This document shows, piece after piece, positions 25,560 through 38,239 of a stretch of DNA of 64,000 bases. A program made the translations under genes and the position numbers. This DNA is from Octopus bimaculoides (lineage: Eukaryota), in contig NC_068990.1 in assembly GCF_001194135.2 (NCBI RefSeq), positions 5,826,157 to 5,890,156 on the forward strand, given 5' to 3'. Positions within the stretch are counted from its first letter, which is position 1, and every line of letters begins with the position of its first letter. The notes beneath the pieces are model-generated. The model did no database searches, was not told the origin of the DNA, and saw nothing but the letters and a program-made list of their open reading frames with translations.

Positions 25560-26025
25560 AGTTATCATTCGTGTATCATTATTTCAATATTTTGATTTTA
25601 ATATTTTTCATGTTTATTTTCATGTCATTCATTGTATCATATTTTAATTTTAATTGTTATATGTCCCCACTTGATTTAGGATATCCTTTAAGCAAACCAC
25701 ACGCAGTATCCTCCGGACTCCATATGACATACATCCACCTTTGTTATATCCACCTTTGCTACAGCAATTATCTCCGGAAAATACCCACAATGAAGGGAAT
25801 GAAGCTACACTCAAAGTACTGTTTTTTCTTTCTTTTTTTCAGCGCATCACACTCACTCTCACTTCCTACTATAACTCTCCGCTTATAGATACAATAATCG
25901 ATTCCGCTACTATTTCAGTCTCCGATGAAGGGATGCATTGGATTTTCCCTGAAACAGCTGTAAGACTCTATCCATAAAATATATTTCTAACTTTGCCATT
26001 GTTCTCTTTATCCTTTTCTCTATTT
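25560..26025 (+). mobile_element. Probable Penelope-like (pLTR) or retrozyme-type remnant carrying a hammerhead
   Basis: Contains a minimal type-I hammerhead with palindromic stem III, the arrangement known from Penelope-like elements; boundaries are approximate. Confidence 0.5.
25917..25967 (+). ncRNA. Minimal type-I hammerhead ribozyme motif (core variant CCGAUGA)
   Basis: Stem I AGTCT(25917-21)/AGACT(25963-67); core CCGATGA(25922-28); stem II AGGGA(25929-33)/TCCCT(25946-50); GAAA(25951-54); palindromic stem III ACAGCTGT(25954-61); cleavage triplet GTA(25960-62). Confidence 0.75.
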
Positions 26026-26026
26026 A

Positions 26027-26068
<42 letters not shown>

Positions 26069-26077
26069 TACGTGTGT

Positions 26078-26405
26078 ATGTGTAGTATATATATTACACA
26101 AAAATTTCGATAGTGGTATAATATATACGGATGCATGTGTGTGTGTGTGTGTGCACGCGCATCTATGCATACTGCTTCTTTTAATAGTTTTGTCTGGAAA
26201 AGGTGATGTGCTCATAGCCAGAAGAGTTGCGGTTCTTTTGAAACAACAGCAGTTCAACGACTAAAGAAAAAAAGTTTCGTTAAGAGGAGAATTCCAAAGT
26301 TATAATATTCTGCAGAGAAAGTATTACGTTAGGATATATAACAGATGTGTCAATACATAGACACGTATGTATTTATGTATGTATGTCCATTTGCAAATCA
26401 CTGCT
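26078..26405 (+). repeat. ~350-bp direct repeat, copy 2 (copy 1 at 20625-20972)
   Basis: See copy 1. Confidence 0.9.
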
Positions 26406-26794
26406 TATACGAATCAAATGTCATGTTTGCTGAATACGGGAATAGCAATCCGTATCAGATTCTACCAGCTTAGGAAGCATGTAGCAAAGATATTTTTTGT
26501 CGAACATTCTCGATTATCCAGATAACTGTATAAAAATAAGTCTTAAGTTCGTTGTATTAAGGTTAAACTTATAACTGGTTATGGAATGGAAACGAAAAAG
26601 CCGTAGTACGTTACCTCCCTCTATAAATATGCACAATGTAATATTCAAAGGGATAATGGTAGCGCAGTTTATGAATAATTAAATATTGTCTGCTACTCAA
26701 GTAATTATATCAATTCTACCTTCCCGATCTCCCAAACTTTATTGTCAAAAGATTTTATTTCTTTCCCAATCCTGATGATCCAACCGATCAACTG

Positions 26795-27445
26795 GGATCT
26801 TGTTCAAAACGGGGGCACCAGTTTTCATTTATGTTTTATGTAGTGTTTTTGGTACCGAAAGACTTTCAAACTTCGTATACTTATCTATTTTGTGTTATAG
26901 AACAGAAAAAAATTTTTGTATTTCATGTAAAAAAATTGTCTTATTTCGATAATTTCAACCAATCACTGACAAGTATTCAGCTGTTTACAGTTACTCCTAA
27001 GCGGTGTAAAGCGTATTTAATCTCCATTACTTCTGACATTTTGCAGAGAGGCAACACACGTGTGTTCGTTTTCCCTAACCCTAATTGACTTGCTTCTTCC
27101 CTCAAAAACCAGGCCTTGTGCCTATAATAGAAAGGTTTATTAGCTACTGCCAATATGCTTCAGCCATTTTTTGACAAGGAAATAATAATTTTATCACCGC
27201 CAGAATCGTTTGAGAATCGTTTGTTTACGTAGTCAGCACTTAATTCTTACGGCTGAATGGACGTCAGTCATTGGTTGAAATTACAGAAATACGACAACTT
27301 TAACATGAAATAACTTGCGATGTACGTTTTTTTTGTTAAGAAGACTAAGAGAAAAAGATGTTTTATATGACACATTCTACCAGTGTCCCAAGTTTCAAAG
27401 TGTTTCGTTAAGAAAATACTGGTGCCCCCGTTTTGAACAAGATCC
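26795..27445. mobile_element. Foldback MITE with perfect 28-bp TIRs and an 8-bp TSD (Merlin- or MULE-like)
   Basis: TIR GGATCTTGTTCAAAACGGGGGCACCAGT (26795-26822) and its exact reverse complement (27418-27445); TSD ATCAACTG at 26787-94 and 27446-53; internal inverted match 26951-70/27263-82 (19/20). Confidence 0.9.
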
Positions 27446-28699
27446 ATCAACTGTCCTCTCTGATTTCAGTTCCGTTAAAATAATAATAGTGAAATCCCCA
27501 ATCAACATGACGCATGCGTATTACGGGTAACTTTTCTGCCGGCAGAAAATTGATCATAGTGCTTCAAGCAATAAAATATTCAAACCAACTGATCAGCAAC
27601 TACTACGTAGCTGTTCGACTTGCTAAAATAAGTAACAGAGCTTTGTTCATGCCACACTTTATTATCTTAAAAATCTACGTTGACATATTAACAGCGGTCT
27701 TCTTGTCTGTAATGTCTCTTAAACTAAACAGCATGATCACTAGTAGAACATAAAAAATCATAGGTTTGATAAACTGTCTCGTCTGGAGATAAAGGAAAAT
27801 AGCAAAACATTCTGTAGAAATTTGTCAACTTCACTTTTTATTTGTTTGTCGAGGGATTAAAATTTTCGTCATACAACTGACACCAGTCCACCGACACAGT
27901 CGCGCTCTGTCAGTTCCAATCACACAGTGTTGCAATGAAGTAGTGCCTATGTCACAGTGGTATGACAAACATTTCGTCACCTCAAGAACTAAATGAAACT
28001 CGAACAGGTTTTGTGGGTTAAAATAGCTCTTAACCCAGTAATTGTCTCAGTTTCAATATTTAACATAGTCTCAAGTGAAATCCGAAGCAATATATCATTG
28101 GAATCTTTATTGCTGTAACTAAGGCTTATGGAGTTGTTGTGTAGGGGAAAACCTTGTGGAGCTTTAGCTTATAGAGAAGACTCATTTCAAGTGGTGGTTC
28201 ACTAAAGGATCGACCTTACTCTGTTAATTGTTTCGTACCTTGTTAATTCTATTACCATCTGCACTTTCGTGACATTCATTACTCTTAACTCGATTGAGAG
28301 ATTTCAAGTTTTATTCAATATTCTAATGCAGAGGAAATATGTCTGGTCTGCGGTATTTAACTGTCTACAAGTAACTCTTGAACGTTTGCTTCAATGAATT
28401 TTCACAAGTTTCCAAGCCACAAAAGACCAGAGGCATAGATTTACACTTTTACCATTCTCTTCGAAGAGAAGCTTTGCCATTTACAAATTAATTGATTTTC
28501 TTTACAAACATTGTGTCATTTAAATTCCATTCAATGTCGTTTTCTTAATTATCTTCTAAAAGAAGCCAGTCGTCTTTTAAAAAAAGATTCTGTATATTTT
28601 CATTTTGTATTATTTGTTGAGGCTTTTTACATGTTTAATGATTTTGTTTTGATTTATTTATTTATTTATCTAGCTATCATTTATTTATTTATCGTTTAT

Positions 28700-29100
28700 T
28701 TATTTTGGGCTGGCAACGGTGGTGGGATAGCAGAATGATTAGACCGTTACAAAAAATATCTTGCAGAATTTGTGCAAGCATTTTACATTCAGAGTTCAAA
28801 TCGCGCTGCGGTGAACTTTCTTTTCATACTTTAGGTAACAATAAAATAAGTATAGCATTGTCAGAAGAACTTCCTTTCAATGTAAATTTTTTTTCACATA
28901 GTGATATATTATTATTTATACTCAAAGCTTCTGTGTTCAAATCCCACCGAAGTCGACTTTATCTTTCGTTATTTTAAGTCAGATAAAATTAGTACCATGC
29001 CAGTAAAGGCATTATGTTTCCTCTACTCGCCTCTAAGTGAATTGGAATCCCTTTCGCTATCTAGTCTGGCCCTCTGGGCTTTGATTTCAAATCCCATTGT
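28700..29100 (+). mobile_element. Two to three stacked, diverged Nin/Deu-type SINE copies
   Basis: GCAGAATGATTAG..GAGTTCAAATCGCGC and GTGTTCAAATCCCACCGAAGTCGACTTTATCTTTC motifs. Confidence 0.6.
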
Positions 29101-29305
29101 ACTCATTCCAAGTTCTATCAATCCATGTTCTGGATTGATGGAATTTCGGAGCGTCGTGTGAAATGTCTTGCGATACCTTTTCCTGCTCATTGCGTTCAGA
29201 TTTCTAATTCTTCTCAGATGCTCACTGCTAGACCATAACTAGTCACCCAGCCATGAGAGCGCGTCGGCCAAACCACACTTAGCCACCGCGCACAGGTCAA
29301 CTTAC

Positions 29306-29358
29306 GTTTGAAACCAACAAAGACAAGCTGTCAACAGCAGCAGCAGCAGCGGCAGCAT
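29306..29358 (-). CDS. Candidate first coding exon encoding a signal peptide (MLPLLLLLLTACLCWFQT)
   Basis: ATG at 29358, hydrophobic Leu run, canonical GTAAGT donor right after (29305-29300). No in-frame downstream exon found, and the Leu run coincides with a CAG repeat. Confidence 0.35.
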
Positions 29359-30030
29359 GTCGAAAACAACAGAATGGAAACCCGTCTTCAAAGATTTGCG
29401 TCTTCGTATCACTGTTGGAAATCTTCAATGTTACTGTAATTTAATAATTTGACTGTGTTTCTATTATGAAATTTATATTCTTATAGTAACGAATGCCTAC
29501 AGTGAGGATTTCTTTGACACAAAATGGTTTGAGACATTTAGTCAGGGCTCTCAACATTCTGAATTCAAATCCAGCTGAGATTATATTTACTTTTCATCTC
29601 TTCAACGTCGATAAAATAAAATACCAATGAATTACTGGAATCGATGAAATTGCTGAACATGTGCCGAAATTAGGAATGCACACAGGCATAAGTCTTACTT
29701 CTCAGACAGATTCAAGAAGACCTTGAAGAGAGGAGGCGCGTCATTGATGAGCAAAGGACTTTGATAAACGAACAACCGATTGATTGTTTAATCAAAACAT
29801 TAAACAAACGATCTGATAGTTTGTTGATTAGATATTTAACCCATTTAACTGACAATAAAGAAGTGATATTGAACCAGTGCGTGTTTATTACTAATGGCGT
29901 AATGACTCTCTCAAGAAACAGCAAGATTTGTTTCAACACACGAATTCACATAAAGAATTTTGAAAACCAAATACAAAAACAAAGTGTGTGTGAGCGTGTG
30001 TGTGTGTGTGTATGTGTGTGTGTGTGAGTG

Positions 30031-30110
<80 letters not shown>

Positions 30111-30974
30111 ATATATAATTTTAAGAACTATATATTTTATACAATTTTAAAATGATGGCCGCTGGACTCATTATGCTTTTCGTATAAATTAAAAAGAGAT
30201 AAAAATATTGAAAAGAAAAGATACATAAACTAGTCTTGCATAAGTCAAAAAGTGAACGTCCTTATCTTCAGTGCTATTTCATAGCATCTCTGATAGAAAA
30301 GAAATAGCGGTAACGGTAAATAAAATGACAAAACAAGCTATTCATTCTTCAAAACAAAATAAGCTTTATACGAAGGATTTACTTTTTTTTAAGTGATATC
30401 AAATCCATTAAACTTCCACGACTACCACTACAATATATCTCCGCTCTTAATCTCGTTTACTTAGCTGAAATTGTAGGAGTTCTTACCTCTAGTGATGAGG
30501 ATAAAACTCAGTCTCTAGAGAATGGTTAAGAGACAAATAATCTGTGAATTGATCTCAACTACTTTCCAATATATGTAAAGACAATTGTATAAAAATACAT
30601 TTCAAGCACAAAGATTTGAATTTCAATACGGAATCATTTCAAGACAGGTAAATATAATTATTTTTGAAACAAGACCTATAAGATATTTAGGCATTAAAAG
30701 AAGCAGAAGAAAAAAAACAAGAAGAAATTAAGCTTATGAGGAAGAGTTGATGTTGCAAATTTATTCCAATCTTTTTAAAGTCAATAATTATAATTATTTA
30801 GTTCAGACATCAAATTGCTTTGATTCGTATTCATATCTTTACTTTTGTTAGTATCTGAAATATCTATTTCCTAACATAGGCAAGAGTCATCCATTTGCAA
30901 CAAAACATTATCTATTATTCCGACAATATTTCTAAGGCGGCAAGGCGGCAAGGCAGCAAAGCGGCGAGCTGACA

Positions 30975-31076
30975 GAAACGTTTATGTGACACATTCTACC
31001 AGTATACGAAGTTTGAAAGTGTTTAGTTACAGAAAATTGATTTTTCGATCTGCCGGTCAAAAGGTAAAGATCCCAC
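30975..31076. mobile_element. Right-end fragment of a MITE related to 26795-27445
   Basis: GACACATTCTACCAGT..AAGTTT(C/G)AAAGTGTTT shared with 27369-27405; also ends in GATCC. Confidence 0.55.
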
Positions 31077-31859
31077 TCGCGAGCAAGTATTGTTTAATGA
31101 CATACTTTAACTAAATATTGAATGTGCGTTTATATTTGCGACCAGCCATAGAAATCCTCTTGTCTCTATTTATATTTAACTGTTACTCCATGGCACATTC
31201 AGCATGTGAGCATAGGCGGGAGAGAGGGCTGCACCAGTACCCTGGTTGGTACACGTAGGAATTGTGTAGCCTGAAGCGACGTCAAATGAAGAGGCATGCC
31301 CAAGGACACGAACGAGCACCTGATTCGTACTCCCTTATGATCACGAATCGAAACTTCTAACGATTAGCCCAAGCACCTTCACACGTTTACCAAGATTAAC
31401 ACAGAAATATAATTTTTAAATAACACATTTCATAGAGTGTAGGACTTGATCATTCTTGCTACTTTTTGATACTCTTCCTAACATTTATGCTGACCTGACT
31501 GACAGGGAGACTGGCACTAAATTTTGCATTAATTGGTACAAGTCTAGCACTTCCCATTTGCTCTCTTCTACCAGTAAGTCCTTCACATTTCACGAAGGAA
31601 ATGTTCTGAGATCATTAAAACTGTAATTATATATTCTTCCATTATATATATTTTATCATTAATATTTTAAGCAACTATTTAGATCTGCGAACACTCCGTG
31701 GCGTAGGGACTTGTAAACAACAAAATTCATTTTTAAGCAAGTCTGCGAATATATTCTTATGCAAAATTACTTGATGGAAGTATTTTCTTTCACTCTTTCA
31801 CTATTTTTATTCACATTACAGCAGCCATGCTGGGGAACCATTTTAAAGTCTTTAGTAGA

Positions 31860-32120
31860 TCAAATCAAACTTATCACTAAATTTTAAGTTTGTTACTTAT
31901 TCTACCAGCATCGACTACCGAACTGTTAAGTGCAAACAAATACCGATTATCAGGCTGCGAAAGAAAAATACAAGCTCAATGATGCAAACAGACATACACA
32001 CACATACACATACACACACATACACACAAATACGGCGGGTTTGCACACAATTTACATCTACAAATTCACTAGAAATTGGTGTGTTTGAGAATCTAGCGAA
32101 AGACACTTGCCCTGACACTA
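31860..32120 (-). mobile_element. CORE-type SINE, partial
   Basis: CGGCGGGTTTGCACAC..ACAAATTCACT..AAGACACTTGCCC (reverse complement of the CORE GGGCAAGTGTCTT). Confidence 0.6.
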
Positions 32121-34869
32121 CTAAGTGCTAAGCATACAGCTATGCTGGCAGTATTCTGTAGTGTTTTAGATAATTTTAGTGTTCTACACAATTTTTTTCT
32201 ATTATCTGTATGGAATAACCTGCGTAACATCTTAAAATAAAATTTTCAAATTATTGCAAAACCCTTAAAACTAAATTATATACATTTCCTCTTCAATGAG
32301 GAATTATAATTTCTGCACTAAATAATACAGGATTTATCGTTGATCGGATTACATTCCTGACTGTCAGCGTAAAGCAGTCTGCTTAAACTTCTAAAAGGAA
32401 ATTTCTACAATAATTCACAATTATCTAAATATCAACATAAACTATGATGTAAAAAATATATCAGCTATAAAATCTTTAAAGAGAAGATTTGAAATTAACA
32501 GTTCCCAGCAAAAATCATGTCTAATATTTTACAGAAAATATTTGACAAAGGCTTCTTATGTGAATAACATATAAGAACATGAATATTGTTTATGTAACAT
32601 ATTTTGATGTTTTCCGTGTTGTAAGTTTTTAGTTTATTTTTCTTTTAGTTTTCAGAACAGCTTTAAATTGAAATTACTAATACAGCAAATGCGATGCAAA
32701 TTAATCCTCTATACAATTATATATTAATCTTGCGCAAGCATACGAATTACGTTTTGCTTGGAATTTCTTCGTAAAATGTCTTGGTTCAAAAACAATGCTG
32801 AATTTTTCATCTTAAACACACTTTTGTTTCAATTCAACACAAACGAATGAAGAATTATATAGACGATTGAATAACAAGATAACATCCACACAAATTTGAC
32901 TGTAGTAAGAAACTCTCAAAAGAGCTGAACAACAGATTTCCAGACAAGAAGCAACCCTCAGGGAAGTGTTTTGGTCCTTAAATTCTTAAGCTCTAAGGAG
33001 GCCGGACCGCATCCCGATCATGACTCCTGGGTGCCCTTCTGCTTATAGATTGTAGCCACTTAGATATCGGATGCTTGGAGATATCAGAGCGTGGAGATTT
33101 CATTTAGTTGTAACTCGCCTCTGTCAAACTTATAATCGAATAAGAAATAACGCTGGTTGTCATGGTAGCGAGTAACGTCAACGCTACCACAATGACTCAG
33201 AGTTACTTTCCTTAGTGCTAAAACACAAAAATATTGCTTTCAAAAGATGCTGAGATATTAAAGGCCTAAAATGTCATGGAATAAGAATATTGTTGACACA
33301 ACTGGTAGCATTTTACTCTCTGTTCCTCTTATTTCTTGTATATTCAAATGGAACTTTTACGCCTCTCGTTAAAACTACATGCTATTCTGCACATAATTTC
33401 TGATTTGTTGTTGCAGTCTGAAGCAGAAAACTCTATTGAGGTGTTCATTAATCACATACTTGTAACAATGTTTCGTGTGCCTTCATGAACTGACTTTTTT
33501 CAAACCTCAGCTCCTATAACGCATTAGCGTGAGGATGCTAGTATAGTATTACTGTTATGGGTGACGCGTTATTGCTCTACATAGTAGGTCATAGTTTTCA
33601 TCCATCAGCTCACTACCGGCTAAGAATAATGCAAATCAATACAATAATTCTACCGAAAGAAGAATCTACATTTTAATCTATTTTATATTGTCTGAAAATA
33701 AATTTCATAAATAACCAAGCTGATCTCATAGACTTTGTTCGAAATAGACGATTCTATCGCAAATAGGAAATTATCGATAAAAGACGAATTTATTTTTTCT
33801 GGTTTTGTTTTTCTGGAATATTTCTCTTCAAAATTTATATTCAATTAATTCTTTCGTGCTATATACATTTTTAAACGCCTACACACAACACACACTTTTA
33901 TATACACACATATAATCGCATAAATAACAAGCATACACACACGCACACGTGTGCGTATGTGTGTGTGTATAAACTTTTGAAAACTAAGTTGAATGTAGCT
34001 CACTGAGCCCCCGCTTCGAACTCACTGTCAACTTTTTTTCCTGTAGAAATTAATAAATACATGCTCTACTACGAACTGTTTAGTAATCCTTCAGTTTACG
34101 ATTTTATTTATTACATTCGTAAATTGTTTTAAATATAACTTCACATAAGCAGTGAATGTGTGTGTGCGCGCGCACACGTTTGCGTGTGTGTGTTCATTTA
34201 CTTAGGGAGCAGTTTCTTGTTTAAACATGTATTGAAAAAAACATGTTCTGGTCCTAAGCTTTCGTTTTCAATTAAGGTATTTTCATGGTTTCTTATGCGT
34301 TCTTGGCAGTTTATTGGAATAATTAACTTCTCCAATCCATCAACGTTTGTACATTTTCCCAGCTTCATCTTCCGAATGGCTATGTTATTAGAGGGCTTAC
34401 ATGAGTTTTTAATAATAAGTAACTGTGAATTCTGTAGATTTCACTGCTGGGATATAATCCTTTGATTTACGTCATCAGTTATGTGTTTATTTTGTTTCTA
34501 TTTTAGTATTGCAGTGTTATGAGTAATGTTTCCATTATTTGTCGTCTGTTTTCTTGTGAGGAATTCCATATAATATGAATGTGCTTTCCACTAATGTTGC
34601 CTATCTAGATTTGTTTTTCTGCTATATAGCGGAGAGTGTTGCCATTGCTTCTTTCTGTATTTGCATAGGACGGCAATGTGAGAATGCTATATTAGTATGT
34701 CTAATACAACATTTGGAATAAAGTAGTTTACAACTATTGGGTTACAATCGAATTTATAAACAGTATCGGGCATTTCTGTCTTGGTCAATAGCTACATGCC
34801 TGTAGTTTGGTGTTCACAAGTAGGTTCTAAATTCTATTATCTTATATTTTGCTATATCATATTTTTATT

Positions 34870-35075
34870 TAAAGTGGTGAGGTAGCAGAATCTCAATTAC
34901 GCCAAACTTCTTGGCAGTAATTCATCTGGTTCTTTACGTTCTGAGTCCAAATTCTGGCGTGGTCGACTGTGCCGTTGGTACTTTCGAGGTCGATAAAACA
35001 AGTAGCAGTTCAATATTGGGTCTGATAAAATCAGCTTACAATTGCTGGCACTGTGCCAAAATTGGAAAGTGCTAC
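34870..35075 (+). mobile_element. Nin/Deu-type SINE
   Basis: GGTGAGGTAGCAGAATC..CTTTACGTTCTGAGTCCAAATTCTGGCGTGGTCGAC..TTTCGAGGTCGATAAAA. Confidence 0.7.
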
Positions 35076-35249
35076 CTCAGTTTTTGTATTATATTACTGG
35101 TACAGTTTAAGGTTTGGTGTGATGTATATCATGATATGCTTCTTGTAATTTTCATTTTTTTTATTGTGTTCAGCTGCTCAATAAATCAATACGTATTTAA
35201 TTTATATAATACATTTATGTATGGTTTATTTAATTTCAATATCTGATGT

Positions 35250-35700
35250 TTCTATTGCATTGTGTTCGCGCTTGTATATTTCGGTGACTTGGTCTACTAA
35301 TCTACTAGAATATTTGCCATATTCGAGTTTGTTATATTCAAAAAAAATTTATATCTCACACTTGATTTGTGTACGACAATATAAAAGTCTTCTAAATAAG
35401 GGATTATCAAAGGTGTTTTGTGCCTGTGATACCGTTCGTTGCCGTCATGTAAGTATAAATATTTTTGTGTCTTGTACACGGATGTGATGAACCTATTATG
35501 GAGGTTTTTCTATACAGAAAGATGTTCATGTTTACGTGAGACTGGATGTAAAATTTTAGGAGGTAGTTGTTTTAGGTCTTCCTTTAATTCTTCAAATATT
35601 CTATGGGAATACTATTCCTGTAACATGTGCACATTTTTTGTTTGTGATTTGGTGCTACGTTGTTCTGTATTGTAGTTTCATAGAATAATCTTGATTTATG
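35250..35700 (-). mobile_element. Very decayed Penelope-like RT C-terminal fragment
   Basis: Minus frame NNYLLKFYIQSHVNMNIFLYRKTSIIGSSHPCTRHKNIY resembles the PLE consensus (NNLHPSIQFT..Y.K.T....SSCHP.H...NIPY); similarity judged by eye. Confidence 0.4.
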
Positions 35701-35882
35701 TGTGTTTTGAAATAGGATTTCAAATGAAATGCGTAATACTTACAGTACGTTATAATTGATTAATATTTCCCTCTGACACCTTAGGAGTAAAGTTGCAAAT
35801 ACATCACCGTTTAATTTAGGCAAGCGCATGGCCACTCCATCATCTCGCCTACACTGCTGTCGGATACATGCATACAGAAGTA

Positions 35883-35925
<43 letters not shown>

Positions 35926-35962
35926 ATGTATATAATGCACATATAGTTATGCATATATGTTA

Positions 35963-36002
<40 letters not shown>

Positions 36003-36129
36003 AGCTCTGTACGGTAGTTGTTTACGAGTAACGGTAGTGGTTTCTTTCCCTTTCTCTTTCTGGGTATATGTATTATATATGTATATATAAATTCTTTGTA
36101 TATATATATATATGTATGTTTCACACTCA

Positions 36130-36187
<58 letters not shown>

Positions 36188-37102
36188 NNNNNNNNNNNNN
36201 NNNNNNNNNNNNNNNNNNNNNNNNNNNNNNNNNNNNNNNNNNNNNNNNNNNNNNNNNNNNNNNNNNNNNNNNNNNNNNNNNNNNNNNNNNNNNNNNNNNN
36301 NNNNNNNNNNNNNNNNNNNNNNNNNNNNNNNNNNNNNNNNNNNNNNNNNNNNNNNNNNNNNNNNNNNNNNNNNNNNNNNNNNNNNNNNNNNNNNNNNNNN
36401 NNNNNNNNNNNNNNNNNNNNNNNNNNNNNNNNNNNNNNNNNNNNNNNNNNNNNNNNNNNNNNNNNNNNNNNNNNNNNNNNNNNNNNNNNNNNNNNNNNNN
36501 NNNNNNNNNNNNNNNNNNNNNNNNNNNNNNNNNNNNNNNNNNNNNNNNNNNNNNNNNNNNNNNNNNNNNNNNNNNNNNNNNNNNNNNNNNNNNNNNNNNN
36601 NNNNNNNNNNNNNNNNNNNNNNNNNNNNNNNNNNNNNNNNNNNNNNNNNNNNNNNNNNNNNNNNNNNNNNNNNNNNNNNNNNNNNNNNNNNNNNNNNNNN
36701 NNNNNNNNNNNNNNNNNNNNNNNNNNNNNNNNNNNNNNNNNNNNNNNNNNNNNNNNNNNNNNNNNNNNNNNNNNNNNNNNNNNNNNNNNNNNNNNNNNNN
36801 NNNNNNNNNNNNNNNNNNNNNNNNNNNNNNNNNNNNNNNNNNNNNNNNNNNNNNNNNNNNNNNNNNNNNNNNNNNNNNNNNNNNNNNNNNNNNNNNNNNN
36901 NNNNNNNNNNNNNNNNNNNNNNNNNNNNNNNNNNNNNNNNNNNNNNNNNNNNNNNNNNNNNNNNNNNNNNNNNNNNNNNNNNNNNNNNNNNNNNNNNNNN
37001 NNNNNNNNNNNNNNNNNNNNNNNNNNNNNNNNNNNNNNNNNNNNNNNNNNNNNNNNNNNNNNNNNNNNNNNNNNNNNNNNNNNNNNNNNNNNNNNNNNNN
37101 NN

Positions 37103-37136
<34 letters not shown>

Positions 37137-37636
37137 TTATATATAAATATATTAATAAGTTTGACTCACTTCAATACCACTTAGAGTTTCATGGGTGTGT
37201 AGGAAAGGTCTCAATCTCATCAGATATTGGGAGAAGAGTAATGGATTTGAGACAAATTCAAAATGGCTTCTAGATATTAGATTTCTACTCATCATCTCAG
37301 ATCATCTGGTATTAATGATATGAAAACAACACAGAACTTTTCTTTATTCTTACGCACACGTGCTCGAACACGACGTTTGCAAGGAACTCTCACCACTTAG
37401 GCAGCAAGCGGTATTGTGTACTCAGTGATATTAGTTCATTATATGTGACAACCCACAAGCTAGGGTGGGCTTTGCTGTTGCAGATTAGCTGCTCACTCGC
37501 TGCTCAGGGAAGTCCTAAAGTATTAGGGGTAGCAGTCTTTACTTGGGAGTAGGTAGATTTGATGGTGTTAGATTAAAATTGAAACTGGATAATCATCATG
37601 GATGTGGCTGCAGTCAATAAGGTTGCAAGAATTAAA

Positions 37637-38239
37637 GGTTCGTGTTGACATTATTACCCGGAAACGAAATCGAAAAGAAAATAGTGCAACGGCTGTAAAA
37701 AAGGTGTAGGAAACGAATATGAAAACAAAAATTCCTGGAAAGCAATGGGGGTGGGGAGTGGCCTTCGGAAAATTCACAAGATCCGATGTTTTATCCTCAT
37801 AACTTTTAGCAGAATGTTTTTTTTTTTTAATGAAATTTCATATAAATACTTTTTAAACGGTATAAACTACGATTATAAAGAAATTTGTGGGGAAAATCTT
37901 TTCTGAGTGGTGGAGACAGGACTTCGGAAAATTCAAAAGGCTCTAGTTTTTCCATCGTAACTTTGAGGAAAATATAATCCTTTTGAAATCACAAATTAGG
38001 CTTTTCCTGAAGAACTTAGATGCTAAACATCCCTTTGAAGGGTTTGGATTCTTACTTCTACTACATATATATATGAGAGTAAAATTCGGATCTTGTGAAT
38101 CTCGTGAATTTTCTGAAGGTCTCTCTCCTGTTGCTTTCCGGGCATTTTTGTTTTCATATTCGTTTCCTACACCTTTTGTTACACCCGTTGCACTTTTTTT
38201 TTTCGATTTTGTTTCCGGGTAATAAAGTCAACATTAACC
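37637..38239. mobile_element. MITE with ~110-bp imperfect TIRs and an 8-bp TSD (Merlin- or MULE-like)
   Basis: Left GGTTCGTGTTGACATTATTACCCGGAAAC..GGTGTAGGAAACGAATATGAAAACAAAAAT mirrored at 38125-38239; TSD GAATTAAA at 37629-36 and 38240-47. Confidence 0.9.

Noticed and set aside
29357-29470. Plus-strand ORF MSKTTEWKPVFKDLRLRITVG..
   Set aside because: Short, no splice donor, no recognisable motif; the antisense signal-peptide reading is better supported.
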